From: the human T2T-CHM13v2.0 reference genome, Homo sapiens
Strand: one strand, 5' to 3'
DNA: 64,000 nucleotides
NCBI RefSeq assembly: GCF_009914755.1
Contig: NC_060926.1
A program made the translations under genes and the position numbers. The notes under the pieces were generated by a model. It was not told the origin of the DNA and made no database searches. It saw only the letters and a program-made list of their open reading frames with translations. Positions 15,065 to 30,646 of the stretch are shown in pieces. Position 1 is the first letter of the stretch. Every line of letters starts with the position of its first letter.

Positions 15065-17580
15065 CTATTCCTGGAAGTCCTCACAAGAGCAGTCAGGTAA
15101 GAAATAAATAAAAGGCATCCAAATTGGAAAAGAGGAAGTCAAATTATCCCTGTTCACTGATGATTTGATCTCGTATCTAGAAAAACCTAAAGATACCACC
15201 AAAAAAAAAAACCTCCCTATATTTGATAAATGAATTCAGTAAAGTACCACGATAGGAAATCAACATTCAGACATCAATAAAATTTTATATGTATATATAT
15301 CTAGCTGAGGACCAATTCAAAAAGTCAATCCCATTTATAATAGCTATAAAAATATCTAGGAATATATTTCACCAAGGTAGTGAAACATCTCTATAAGGAC
15401 AACTACAAAATACTGATGAAAGAAATCATAGATGACACAAATGGAAAAACATCCATGTTTATGGACTAGAAGAATCAGTATGATTAAAATGACCATATTG
15501 TCCAAAGCAATCTAGAGATTTGACACAATCCCTATCAAATTACCAATGTCATTTTTCATATAATGAGTAAAACCAATCCTAAAATTCACATGAAACCAAA
15601 AAAACAAGGCCTGAATAGCCAAAGCAATCCTTAAAAGGAACAAAACTGGGGAGATCACATTATCTGACTTTATACTGCAAGGATACTGCAACCAAAACAG
15701 CATGGTACTGGTATAAAAGTAAACATATAGGTCAATGGAAGGGAATAGAGAACCCAGAAATAAAGCCACCTACCTATAACTAACTGATCTTTGACAAAGT
15801 TAACAAAAATGTACACTGAGGATAGAACACTCTATTTAATGCTTCTGGGAAAATTGGATAGCCATATGCAAAAGAATGAAGCTTGTATTAGTCAGGATTC
15901 TCCAGAGGGACAGAACTGATAGGATAGATGCATATATGATGGGGAGTTTATTAAGGAGTATTGACTCACATGATCACAAGGTGAAGTCCCACAATAGGCC
16001 ATCCACAAGCTGAGGTTCAAGGAAGCTAGTTTGACTTCCAAAACCTCAAAAGTAGGGAAGCCAAAAGTGCAGCCTTCAGTCTGTGGCTGAAGGCCCTGGC
16101 AAACCACTGGTGTAAGTCAAAGAGTCTAAAAGTGGAAGAACTTGGAGTCTGATGTTCAAGAGCAGAAAGCATCTAACATGGGAGAAAGATGAAGGTTGGA
16201 AGACTCAGCAAGTCAAGTCCTTCCACATTCTTCTACCTGCTTTTATTCTAGCCATACTGGCAGCTGATTTGATGGTGCCTATCAAGATTGAGGGTGAGTC
16301 TGCCTTTCCCAGTCCACTGACTCAAATGTTAATCTCTTTTGGCAACACCCTCACAGACACACCCAGGAACAATGTTTTGCATCCTTCAGCCCAATCGAAT
16401 TGACACTCAGTATTAACCATCACAAAGCTGGATCCATACCTCTCAGCATATACAAAAATCAACTCAAGAAGGATTAAAGATCCAAATATAAGACCTGAAG
16501 CTATACAAGTCCTAGGAGAAAATTTAGCAAAAATGCCTCTGGACATTGGTCTAGGCAAAGAATTTGACCATGTCCTCAAAAGCAAACACAACAAAAACAA
16601 AACTAGACAAATGGGACTTAAACTAAAAAGCTTTTACACAGCAAAAGAAACAATTAACAGAGTAAACAGAGAAACTGTAGAAAAAACATTTGCAAGCTAT
16701 GCATCTGAAAAAGGCTTAATATCCAGAATCTATAAGAAACTCAAACAACTAAAGGAAAAAATGAGTAACCCCATACAAAGTAGGCAAAGGACATATATAG
16801 ATACTTTTCAAGAGAAGACATACAAGCAGCCAATAAACATATGAAAAAAATGTTCAACATCACCAATCATCACAGAAATCCAAATTGAAACCACAGTATG
16901 ATGTCATCTTATGCTAGTTAGAATGGCTATTATTAAAAAGTTAAAAAATGGATGTTGGCAAAGATGCAAAGAAAAGGGAACATTATACACTGTCAGTTGG
17001 AATATGTATTAGTACAACCTTTATGGAAAATTGTATGGGCATTTCTTAAAGAAGTAAAACTAGAACTGCCGTTTGATGCTGCAATCTCACTACTAGGTAT
17101 ATACCCAAAGGGAAAGAAACCATTTCATCAAATGTTTTCTTTTGTTTTAATACATTAAATTTGTGGTAGTTCATTACACACTTGTATGTTTATCGCAGCG
17201 CTATTCACAATAACAAAGATATGGAATCAACCTAAGTGTCCATCAATGGAGGATTGAATAAAGAAAATGCAGCATACACATACAAATGGATCATAGAATA
17301 CTACATAGCCATAACAATGAATGAAATGTCTTTTCTATCAGATTAGATGGAACTGGAAGTCATCCTAAGTGAAATAACTCAGAAACAGGAAGTCATATAC
17401 CTCATGTTCTCACTTATAAGTGGGAGCCAAACAATGGGTACACATGGACAAACAGAGTAGAATAATAGACAACATTGGAGACTCCAAGAGGTAGAAGGAT
17501 GGATGGTGGTGAGGGCTGAAAAATCATCTAGTGGATACAATGTGCACTATTTGAATGATGGGTACAACAAAAGCCCAGCA
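15065..17580 (+). mobile_element. L1PB/L1MA-type LINE-1 fragment (ORF2 RT to partial 3' UTR), degraded and split by MLT2A
   Basis: aaaggcatccaaattggaaaagaggaagtcaaa; ORF2-like peptides such as MPLDIGLGKEF and [16 protein letters not shown]; 3' UTR stops at aaaagcccag. Confidence 0.88.
15884..16424 (-). mobile_element. MLT2A (HERV-L) solo LTR, 541 bp, MLT2A2-sized
   Basis: TG...CA termini; the minus strand starts tgtgatggttaatactgagtgtcaa; perfect 5-bp TSD AAGCT at 15879..15883 and 16425..16429. Confidence 0.9.
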
Positions 17581-17609
17581 CACAGATCTTGGTTTCATAT
17601 CAGTGCTGC

Positions 17610-18215
17610 AGACATTAGCATTCTTTCTCTTCCTCAGCCTCAGTTTTCTCTCTGTAAGATGGAAATAACAATACTCACCATATGTGGTAGGCAGAATTCT
17701 AAGACGGTATTCAAGATTCCCCCACTCCCTGCTGTACTACTTCTGTATCATCTTTGGACCTGAGGCACAGTTGCTGGCTTGAAGATAGAGGGGCCATGTG
17801 GTAAGGCACATGGGCAGCCTCTGAGAGTTGAGAGCAGCACCATGGCTGAAAGTCAGCAAGAAAGGTGGGACCTGGTTTTATAACTGCAAGGAACTGAATT
17901 CTGCCAACAATGAGTGAGCCTGGAAGTAGATTTTTCCCTGGAACCTCCAAATGAAGATTCAGCTTGGCTGCTACCTTTATTTGAGCTTATGGGACCCTGA
18001 GCAGAGAACATAGCCTTTTGGATTCTGGCTGTGCCCAGACATCTGATCTACAGAAGTGTGAGCTAGTAAAGGTATTGATTTTTAAGCTGCTAAATTTGTG
18101 ATCACTTGTTAAGCAGCAATCAAAAAATAATCCATCATACAAAGTTTCTAGACAGAGAAAAGCAACTTAGCAAAGCACCTGGCTTAGTGTCTGACAAATA
18201 GCAGATGCTTGATAA
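17610..18215 (+). mobile_element. MIR split by an MLT1E-like LTR
   Basis: cctcagttttctctctgtaagatggaaataacaatac before the LTR; cttagtgtctgacaaatagcagatgct after it. Confidence 0.55.
17683..18134 (+). mobile_element. MLT1E-like MaLR solo LTR
   Basis: Starts tgtggtaggcagaattctaaga; ends ttttaagctgctaaatttgtg...aatcca; flanks ccata/tcata. Confidence 0.8.
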
Positions 18216-19154
18216 CCCTACTTCCCTTCCCCTGTCATTGCTGGGCTGTATTCTCAGGTAGGGGAGGGTGGTTAAGACAACAGCAGTGACTTCCCAAATG
18301 TCCCTGGCCAGACTTTGAAAATAAATGAGATGATAGAGGTTCAGCAAATACTGACATATGTAGCCCTTTGAATAGCTGCTTAGCTTTTTCTGAATTTATT
18401 TGGCTCTTCTGAAAGAGTCTCCTTTTTCAGCAACATTTTTAGTTCCTTCAAATGGCTCAGCAATGGCTTTTCTGGTGGCTTTTTGACAGGCTTGTCTACA
18501 TGGCTGCAACTTGCCTTGTTAATGCCTTTGTTCACATAGCAAGTGGCACTTGTACTTCATAGTGTGCCCCCTAGAAGTGCTCAAAACACTGCTTAGCACT
18601 ATACTAATAAAGCACAAAGAAGGTTGAAAGCAAACTCTCAAAATCTCCATTGTTTTTTGCATTGGATAGTGTTCTAATGTGTATTCTTGTTTTATGAGGA
18701 AAGGATGTAGGAGATTATAACTGAAGGCCCACATTCCTGGATTTCTCTTCCCAGGTTGGCAGAATCAGATGCTGCTAGGCTTCCTAGTGTAAGACCCATC
18801 TGTCAAACCAGGCACTGCTCAGATGGAGATGGAGTTGCGCATCTACCATGTGTGATCTTTTTCTAAACGTACCCTGAGGCTCATGAATGAAACAGTTTGC
18901 AAGTCAAGTCATCATGCAATGCATCTTTCTCTCGGTTCTTGCCATGGTTGTTGTCCAGTCCAAAGAATACCCTGCCTTTTTACTGGTCTCACCCAACATC
19001 TTCCTATTAAGTTCAGCATTGGCCTAGTTTGTTCAGTGTCTTAGATTCATAATATGACTCATTACCCATGTTGTTGGCACAGATGGAGCCTTCCATGAGA
19101 AATCAATAAGCCCAATGTGCCTGTGTGTCTATTGTAATCAGGCATTGATTTAGA

Positions 19155-20020
<866 letters not shown>

Positions 20021-21162
20021 GAGTTATCAGGGTGATACTAGGAACAGGCATATATTGCTTTCCTAGAAACCATGCAGCTATCTGGTTGAATGCTTCAAAA
20101 GTCAACTCATGGAAAGTTAATGAAAACTGCAAAAGGTAAACTAAAATTCTATGGGATAATAGAAATATCACAATACATTCTAAATACTTGGCAAATAAAT
20201 AGGGTAAAATATAATTCCCTTCCCTATTTTTCTCTTTGTCTTTCCTTTGCTCCACATAATGGAAATCATCCCGCCGCAAAGTGCTTGGATTATTTTATTG
20301 GTTGGAAAAAATCTCATTTCCTTTGGCTTCACATGTGAGAAAATACACTCTTTAGTCCAGCAGTCCTCAGGCCAAAGAACTTCTAGAACATAAAGATCCA
20401 AGTAAAATACTGACACTAAAATGATATTAGGATTAAAATTAGAGTGTGCATAAACATCAGTCTGAATGATCCTCACTGCTGAGTTTCCTCATTGGGAGCT
20501 CTCTTGTTGACCCAGCATGGGAACTGGTCCCCTAAATCCCTAGAGAGTTGTGGAACAGATAATGCACAGTGTTCTTGATACAGCAAACCCACTTCCCAGT
20601 GCTTTCACCTGTGATTCTCCAGAACCCCTGGATTGTAGGGATTGGTGATGTTAATTTATGCTGTGTACCTTTCTGATCTCTGCCTGTTCTGTAGCATTTT
20701 GGTGAGAAATATGAGACTCGATGTTCCCAAGTTATACAATTCCTTAATTGCAACAATTGCATCAATTTCCAGTAATGGGTGAATAGACATCAAAAAGCAT
20801 GTCTGCAGACGAAGTGGAGAAAGGGCAGAATACTAAATGTAACCCTCATTGCAACTTTCCCCGAAGTCTCTGTTTTTGTCTGGCCTCAAACCTATATAAA
20901 GATTGATCTCTTCTTTGCATTTATATGAAAGCATTAGAAAGTATTGTGCTAAATTATTGAATTAATAATTACTAGGATTTTCTAAACAAAATGGCAGAAA
21001 GGAGTTCATAACCTGCCTTTATTAAACGACTTCCACCTCTTTATCTCTTTTCTCATCAAATGTTTTACCTTTCCTTCATGTTTCTAGACTTCAACATGGC
21101 CCCTAAGACCTAAAGGAAATCGATGCCACCGTCCTCAGAAGGCACCTCAGAGCTTGCCTATC

Positions 21163-21490
21163 TTTTGTTTGTTTTTTGTTTTATGTTTTTTTGTTTGTTT
21201 GTTTTTGAGATAGAGTCTCTCTCTTGTCGCCCAGGCTGGAGTGAAGTGGCATGATCTCTGCTCATCACTGCAGCCTCTGCCTCCCAGGTTGAAGCCATTC
21301 TCTGCCTCAGCCCCCCGAGTAGCTGGCATTACAGACATGAGCCACCACGTCCAACTAATTTTTTATTTTTAGTAGAGACAGGGTTTTGCCATGTTGGACA
21401 GGGTAGTCTCAAACTCCTGGCCTCAAGTGATCTACCCGCCTCGGCCTCCATAAGTGCTGGGAAGACAGGCATGAACTACCGTGCCTGGCC
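21163..21490 (-). mobile_element. Alu (J/S)
   Basis: Full dimer with (TTTG)-type tail; tgcctat on both flanks. Confidence 0.92.
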
Positions 21491-21562
21491 CCTGCCTATA
21501 TTTATATAAGCATGTTCCCTGGGAGATAACTTGGCTTCATTCTCGTCTTTCCAACTCAGTGT

Positions 21563-21872
21563 TTTTATTTTATTTTTATTATTTATTTTTTGAGACGGAG
21601 TCTCACTCTGTCGCCCAGGCTAGGGTGCAGTGGCACTATCTTGGCTCACTGCAACCTCTGCCTCCTGGGTTCAAGCAATTCTCCTGCTTCAGCCTCCTGA
21701 GTAGCTAAGAGTACAGGTGCCTGCCACCACACCTGGCTAATTTTTTGTATTTTTAGTAGAGACGGGGTTTCACCATGTTGGCCAGGATGGTCTCGATCTT
21801 CTGACCTCGTGATCCACCCACCTTGGCCTCCCAAAGTGTTGGGATTGCAGGCGTGAGCCACCGTGCCTGGCC
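21563..21872 (-). mobile_element. AluSc-like
   Basis: Full dimer; aggatggtctcgatc and gacctcgtgatcc diagnostics. Confidence 0.92.
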
Positions 21873-22329
21873 TCAGTCAGTATTTTTTTAGAGAGTATAC
21901 CTGACAAAAACATTTTTCCCATTTGATAATATAAAGCGTTTGGTACTGTACAAAACTATAAAATTATTTTTTTTTTAATTTTAAGAAAGTGACTTTTTCT
22001 TGTTTATACTGCTACTCTCCATCTCATAGATTTAATAGTAATGGAAAGAAATCTTTCTAATGGGTGAATGTACCCCAGAGCAGTCTGACAATGAAATTAA
22101 CTCATTTGAGACTGCATCTTTGAGCAGGTGGCTCCTTCAGGCCACCGTCCTGCATCCCTCCCTTCCTGCTTAGCTGGCTACTGAAAGGCCTCCTGCACAT
22201 GTTTGCTCTGAGGCCTCCACCCTCATCCAAAATCCACTGCTCTCTGATGCCCTAGCCATGACACTAAATTGAATCTCGGTTCTCTTCTCAATGTTGTCCT
22301 TTTATCCCTATCCTTTGGTATGTCTCTTC

Positions 22330-23445
22330 AGCATTTTAGACTATGAACCTCCATACTTCCTAAATCCCATGCTCCTTGGCTTTTTATGCCTAACCCTCTA
22401 CTAATTTTCATCTTCTTACTACTCTATTTGTCTCCTTGAGGGTGTCTGTTGTTTTGCCTGATTCTTAAATGATGTCTCTGAACTCTCACTGGCTCTCCTG
22501 TCTTCTCACTCTAATCTTTGTTGAATAAATAAGTCATGAATTCCACATTATCTCCAGATGTCCCAATCTTCACACATACATCTATCTGTAGATATCACAG
22601 AGAGCCTTCAAACTTGTCATATCCACACTGACCCAGGCGTTTCCTCCATGGTTTTTTATCTTGACACCCAAGTTAGACATGCAAGAGCCTAATTGGATTG
22701 CACTCCTTCACTTGCCCTGATCTCTCATCAGTGATCAAGTCCAGCCAATTCTGCTCCACTTATGTCAGTCTCTCCACCTGTTTGCACTTTTATGCTCCTA
22801 TCTCATTCAGGCCATCATGTTTCCCACCTGGACAATTGCATGGGCACCTAACTGGTCATCTTTCCTGCAGGTTCACTTTCACAAATCCATCATCCCTATT
22901 ACTTTCAGAGAGGATTTTCTCACATGTGTATCCAATTATAGCACCATTCTGCTCATTTCATCTGATCGTGTGACTATCCTGCTTATCATTTATCTGATAA
23001 AACTGAACTCATTAGCATGACCTTTTTCATCTGCTCCTGCCTGCAGAGCCACACCTCCTGCCAACCATGCCTCTTACAGCCAACTCAGACTACCTAGTTT
23101 ACTCCAGACAAACCATGCTTGTTCCTGCCTCTGTGCCCTTGCTTGTAAAATTTTCTTTCTGGAGTTTCTTTTCCAAGTTATTCTCTGCAACAAATTTCCA
23201 CTCATCCCTCAAGGAACAGGGTCAACTACCTTCTCTGTAATAACTTATGTAGGCATTTTTCTGTGATTGAACTATACTTTGTGTACAATGCCATTATATC
23301 TGCTAATATATTTTATTGTAAATATCTGCCTATCTTTTTTGTATCCCAATGAGACTATACCTTAGAGACATGGACCTTGTCCTTTTGTCGTTGTACCTTT
23401 GATGCCTACTGCAGACGTGGGCTTAATAAGTAATGATGAATGGGA
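22330..23445 (+). mobile_element. L2 LINE 3' region
   Basis: C/T-rich L2-like body ending ...gggcttaataagtaatgatgaatg. Confidence 0.65.
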
Positions 23446-24749
23446 ACATTTTGAATAATGTATGTTTTCATAAATAAGTCTTTCAGGAGACTAATTACTA
23501 TGAAGAGTTAATGCACTTTCAGGCACCTTTAATGTAGAAAGAAGTTCCGATATTGGAGAGCTTAGAGAAAAGCATGGTGATTTATGATCCTCAGAGAGCG
23601 AGTGCATTTTCTCTCCATCCATCACTCAGGCCCTGCTTTGTTTATAATACAGCAACCACTCTGAATGATGTAAAAGATGAGATTGCTTTGCTGGCTCTTT
23701 CGGTTTGTAAAACCCTGCCTTTCTTCAGTTGTTTTGTATTTATGAATCTTGATTGGTACACAAACTAATTATGGGTTGTCACAAAGAATACTGTTGACAG
23801 ACTAATGTGTTGTTGGCACCATGTATCTTTTACTTTATCCAAATAATATAAATCAAAGAATGTTCAGCTTGTGCCATTTATATAAGGTTAAAGAATAATG
23901 TTATCAATTGAGATGCAACAGAGAGCTGAGATTTCTTTTCCTTAAATGATTTCTGGATGTTAATTTTAATCTTTCTTATGCCTGTATATTTCCGGTTTCA
24001 CTTAGCCATTTCTATCATATTCTTAGAGGACAGGTATATATTTCCAGATTCATTCCTTTTTTTCCATTATGTAGGGATCCAGCTTTTGAGCAGTTCTTCA
24101 CCCTACCTTACAGTGTGTAAAAGCCATTTTTTAAGGTGGAGTGACTGCCTGTGTGCATAAATCTTGCTTTAATTGACTTCAGTGAAGCATAGACTTATTG
24201 CATAAAGAGTACTTTGATTTTATGGCTCTATAGCTGCACTAACAGTTTCTATTATATGAATTGCTATCTATGATTTTTCTTGTTAAGTAGGAGGGCAGTG
24301 ATTTAAGACCTGCTTTTTACAATTTATTTTTAGCTATTAATATGTATTAAATTAAGTGGTCTACATGGAGCAGAACACAGGAACACATTGCCCTTTGGAA
24401 ATCTCTGCTTTCTGACAACTTTGTCTAACCAGAACAGCTGAAAACTAAGAATAAGAAGGAACTTAGAGAAGCCAAACTCCTTCTTCTTGCACTAAAACTT
24501 GTGAATTTTAGTTTATTTCTTTCTTTAATTTTTAAACTTATTTTTACTTAGTATAAATTTGATTTGGGGTCTCTAACCCTATAGCATATTAGGAAACAAT
24601 GTACAAGCAGGGGAAAAGAACATGAAAGGACTGGTACCTGCTACTAGCCAAAGTTTAAAGAATGTATACATAGCACCACCCACTTACAAGGCCTTGATTA
24701 TGATCTGCCCTGTGTTGTTTTCAGTGTTTGCAGTGATGCCCTTGAAGAT

Positions 24750-25005
24750 GTCATTAGTCAACAGATATTTACTGAGTGTCTACTATGCATGTGGCACGAT
24801 ACTATGCTAGGCAATAGAGAAACAAGAAAGATAGATTCTCTCCCTTAAAAGTCATGACAACCCAGTGTAGCCCACTGATGTCAACAGTGAAATGAAATCT
24901 GTGCTTTGGAAGGGAAGATACCAGGTATTTTGTGAGCATAGATCAAGGGCACCTACCCCAAACTAGAAGGGCCAAAGATGGCTTCTCAGAGGAAGTGTCT
25001 TTAAC
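24750..25005 (-). mobile_element. L2 3' end
   Basis: caacagatatttactgagtgtctactatg...tgctaggc. Confidence 0.7.
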
Positions 25006-25270
25006 TGTTGAAAATAAGGACATATGTATTTTAGAAATATTTCTTATAAAAATGCTTAAAATGAAAAAGTATGTTGCTACTGAATAAAAATGCTCTTATG
25101 TCTCCAAAAATGTGGCTAACCAAACTGAGTAATGTCCTTGCAGTTCCAAGTAACAAAAGTTCTACTCTCCATATACAATCATTATTTAAGGAGTCCTGTT
25201 GTTTATTTTATCTTCTATAGTCTTCCATCTCTGTGTGATATAAGAGCTGGGCTATCTTTAAAAGAAAGCC

Positions 25271-25634
<364 letters not shown>

Positions 25635-26242
25635 TTAAATAGTAGCCAGATAAATGAAAATTAGACCTCACTTGTTTCAATATTTTGTAATTTAATTTTT
25701 TCCCTAACTATGTCTAGGTAACTTGGCTATGGTTATTTACATGTCATATAAACATTTGCTATCAGATAAAGGAAGCCAGAGTTATACAGATCTGTTTCTT
25801 AACTGGCAGGTTATCCTATGTTTCTAACCAAAATTTACATTTCAGTATCTGTGAAAATCTTTGTTTTAGCAATATGAGTAAACTGGCTTGACAGGGAATA
25901 CAAGTAAATTAAATGTAAAATTAATTGGCACATTAAAAAAAAACAACCGAATAAGGATTTCTTGATTTGATTAAAATGGCTAAATCAATTTGGAGATGTT
26001 GAGAAAACATTCCTGTATGATAGTTTAGGGAAATATTGCGTCTGAAGGCCTGTGCATACAACGATAAGCAGCTTCTATAATTTATAACCTAGGACAAGTG
26101 GGAGGACTAGCATTTCCCTCATTCCCCCAAAGGATGTGGGAATACTAACCGTAGCCATTGGCAACAAGTTAAATTCCCACAGCAGGGGCCAATGTAGGCA
26201 TTCTTCAGAGAGACAGATGCTTGGAATCCATATGATTGTTCT

Positions 26243-27670
26243 TTAATAAATATTTATTGAGCACCTACTACGGGCCAAGCATTATTCTACAAGTCGCAGA
26301 TATATCCATGAGCAAAAGTGAAATAGATGTTTACCTTTGAGGTGTTTATATTCTACAGAAGTAAGCAGTTGATAAATCATAAACATAATCCATAAACTGG
26401 CTAGTATGTTGGAAGATGATCAGTGCAATAGAAGAAAGAAAAATCCAAAGCAAGGTAAAGAGATGCAGAAGGAAATTTTAAGTAGAGGACAGAAAAGACA
26501 TCATCTTGATATTTGAGCTAAAATATTGTATCAGTCTAGGCCCGACAGGAGAGAGAAACCTTATAGTAATTGGAACAGGAAAAGTTTACTGTAAAGAATC
26601 AGTAATGACAAGAGGATTGGAGTAAGAGAATTGTCTGGTAAAAAGTAAAGCAAGCTGCAAATAATACAAGAATAGAAGATACAAGGAGCAGCCACTAACT
26701 CCCAGGGCTGAGTCAGAGTAGCCTCTGGCCCAGGGCTAAGATCCAGACCTTGTTGGGAGTGCGCAGTTTTGCGTCATCGGAGCCAGAGACACTGCTATGG
26801 AACTGTGCAAGGCAGGACTTGCTGGAAATGCAGCCTTTGCAACTTGTCAGAGAATTACCCTCTAGGGTGCTGGGGAAAACTGTCCCCAGGAGTTTCTCAC
26901 CAGAGATACTGCACTGCACTACATAATGGCCTGAGATCAGCAGGCGGCTAATAGCTTTTGGGTGTCTTAGAAGTTAAATGCCAAAGAAGCTGCATGTTCT
27001 GCAGCAGCTGAGCATGGAGAAGCCACCTGCACTGCAGAAGCTTGGCCAGTGAGATACAGGAACCAGGAAGCAAAACTCTTTTCTGCTTCAATGTTTCTCC
27101 AGTATCTTCTATGGACAAAACTTAACACTGGGCCAGCCAGCCCAGAAGAAAATGTTTGAAGAGCCTATTTCCTTTGTCACAAGCAGGGAAAGAAGATGGG
27201 TTTGGAAGTGAGATGCAATCAATTGATAGTTCCCAAAGATAGTTAGGAGATGTGGGATGACGTATGTAGATATCTTGTAACAGAGTGTTACAAGTGGCAA
27301 AAACAGTTGCTACAGAACCCAAAGGCAGAATAGTGCATCACAAGGAGGTCAGTGTTGAGGGAACAGTTTGGATCAAAAGGATAAGACCAGGAAATGAGAT
27401 TGGAGAGGAAAAAGAAGGTGAGACCCTGCAGCTTTCCTTATAGGCTATCCTATGGCTTTGAGATTTATTCCAAGGGAGCATTGTGGTGGTCTGAGTGGAA
27501 GAGTGGCATGACTACTTGAAAACAACCATTGTGATCCCTATTGAGTATAGACGTACAGGGGTCAGATAGAATCAAGGAGGCCAGTCAGGTGGCTACTGCA
27601 GGAATACAGGAGACAGATGGTGGTTGCTTAGATGGAGGTAGGAACAGTGGAACAGTTGGTAAATAGTGAG
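26243..27670 (-). mobile_element. L2 fragment split by an old LTR
   Basis: aaatatttattgagcacctacta at 26248; L2-like purine-rich continuation at ~27300..27670. Confidence 0.65.
26527..27280 (-). mobile_element. Old LTR (LTR78/79-like) nested in L2
   Basis: Starts tgtatcagtctagg...caggagagagaaacc...taattggaacag. Recalled similarity; right boundary uncertain. Confidence 0.45.
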
Positions 27671-28558
27671 AAAAGTGCTACATTTCCTATTGAATAAGCT
27701 ACTCATAATCCTACCTCCATTCCTTCCTTACTGGGAAAGATAGATAGATATAGATATATCTAGAATATGTGTGTCTTATCCATAAAAATTTTTCTGTGAC
27801 ATAAAGATCCTAGACTCTATATAAACACTCATTAAATGTTTGCTGTTGATTACATTTACATTTTTTCTTGCAATTCAAAAGATTCCAAACTGCCAATGAG
27901 TTTCAGTAAGAGATCTATAGATGCTTAAATTATAAACATAGCAGCCATAGCTATTTCATCAAATAAATAATTGCAAAAGGCTGTATTTCACCTTCATATT
28001 TCTCAAAAATAAATCTAGTTCAGAGCTTATCTGGGATAAAGGCTACCCCTCAGTTGAACCCCCAACCCCTTTCCAGCTGCTGCTGTCAGTCGGCCAAGCC
28101 TTCTTCCTCCTGTTCTCCCAAGGCGCTACCACATGGTAGGCAGCACAGTGCTCTCAGCCTATGCCATTCCCTCTTGCCCTGAAAAATTCACCTGCTTCCT
28201 GCCCCTTGTCATTACTCATGGCATTACCTGCATGAAATGGTGGCCTATTTCCCCCTGGCCTTTGGGAAATTCTTCCCATCCTTCAAACTAGGCATTGCTA
28301 GTGGCCACACATTATGGAAGGGAGCACACAGAAAAGAATGTGCTGATGGGGTCCTTTGAGCTCTATATTCTTTTTATTGCTGTTGTTGCCTTGTTTTTTT
28401 CTTTTTTCATTTTTTGAGTATATAGTAGGTGTATATATTAATGGGGTACATAAGATATTTTTATATAACCATACAATGTGTAATAATCACGTCAGGGCAA
28501 ATGGGGTCATCACCTTAAACATTTATTCTTTGTGTACTAAACAATCCAGTTATGCTAG

Positions 28559-28943
<385 letters not shown>

Positions 28944-29192
28944 TTATTCATTCTTTCTAACTGTATTTTTGTACCCAATAACCACGCCCACTTTCCCCAA
29001 CCCCCTACTACCATCCCAGCCTCTGGTAATCTTCCCTTCTCTCTCTGTCTTCATTTAATTTTTAGCTCCCACAAATAAGTGAGATCATGTGCAGTTTGTC
29101 TTTCTGTGCCTGGCTCATTTCACTTAACATAATTATTTCCAACTCCATCTATATTGTCACAAATGTCGGTATCTCACTTTTTTTTATGTCTG

Positions 29193-30646
29193 TGTATTAG
29201 TCTGTTTTCACACTGCTGATAAAGACATACCCGAGACTGGGCAATTTATAAAATAAAGAGATTTATTGGACTTACAGTTCCACATGGCTGGGGAGGCCTC
29301 ACACCATGGCAGAAGGTGAAAGGCATGTCTCACTTGGTGGCAGATAAGACAAGAGAGTTTGTGCAGATATAATTCCCCCTTATAATAACCATCAGATCTC
29401 ATGAGACTTATTCACTATCATGATAATGGCATGGGAAAGATCTGACCCCATGATTCAATTACCTCCCACCTGGTCCCTTCCACAACACTTGGGAATTCAA
29501 GATGAGATTTGGGTGGGGACACAGCCAAACCATATCATTCCACCCCGACCCCTCCCAAATCTCATGTCCTCACATTTCAAAACCAATCATGCCTTCCCAA
29601 CAGTCCCCCAAAGTCTTAACTCATTTCAGTGTTAACTCAAAAGTCCACAGTCCAAAATCTCATCTGAGACAAGGCAAGTCCCTTCTGCCTTTGAGCCTGT
29701 AAAATCAAAAGCAAGTTAGTTACTTCCTAGATACAATGGGGATACAGGCATTGGATAAATACAGGCATTTCAAATGGGAGACATTGGCCAAAACAAAGTG
29801 GCTACAGGCCCCATGCAAGTCCAAAATCCAGTGGGGCAATCAAATCTTAAAGCTCCAAAATGATCTCCTTTTACTTCATGCATCACATCCAGGTAACACT
29901 GATGCAAGAGGTGGGTTCCCATGGTCTCAGGCAGCTCCCCTGTGGCTTTGCATGGTACAGCCTCCCTCCTGGCTGCTTTCACAGGCTGGCGTTTAGTGTC
30001 TGCAGTTTTTCCAGGTGCATGGTGAAAGCTGTCAGTGAATCTACCATTCTGGAATCAGGAGGATGGTGGCTGTCTTCTCACAACTCCACTAGACAGTACC
30101 CTAGTAGGGACTCCATGTGGGGGCTCCAACCCCACATTTCCCTTCCACACTGTCCTAGCAGAGGTTCTCCATGAGGGCCCCACCCTGCTCAAACTTCTGT
30201 CTGGATATCCAGGCATTTCCATACATCTTCTGAAAACTAGGTGGGGGTTCCCAAACCCCAATTCTTGACTTCTGTGCACTGGCAGGCTCAACACCATGTG
30301 GAAGCTGCCAAGGTTTGAGGCTTGAACCCTCTGAAGCCATGGACTGAGCTCTATGTTGGCCCTTTTTCAGCCAGGCTTGAGTGGCTGGGATGCAGGGCAC
30401 CAAGTCCCTAGGCTGCACACAGCACAGGGACCCTGGGCCTGGCCCACAAAACCACGTTTTCCTCCTAGGCCTCTAGGCTTGTAATGGGAGAGGTTGCTGT
30501 GAAGACCTCTGACATGCTCTGGAGACATTTTCCCCATTGTCTTGGGGATTAATATTGGCCTCCTTGTTACTTATGCAAACTACTTCAGCTGGCTTGAATT
30601 TCTCCTCAGAAAATGAGATTTTCTTTTCTTTTCTTTTCTTTTCTTT

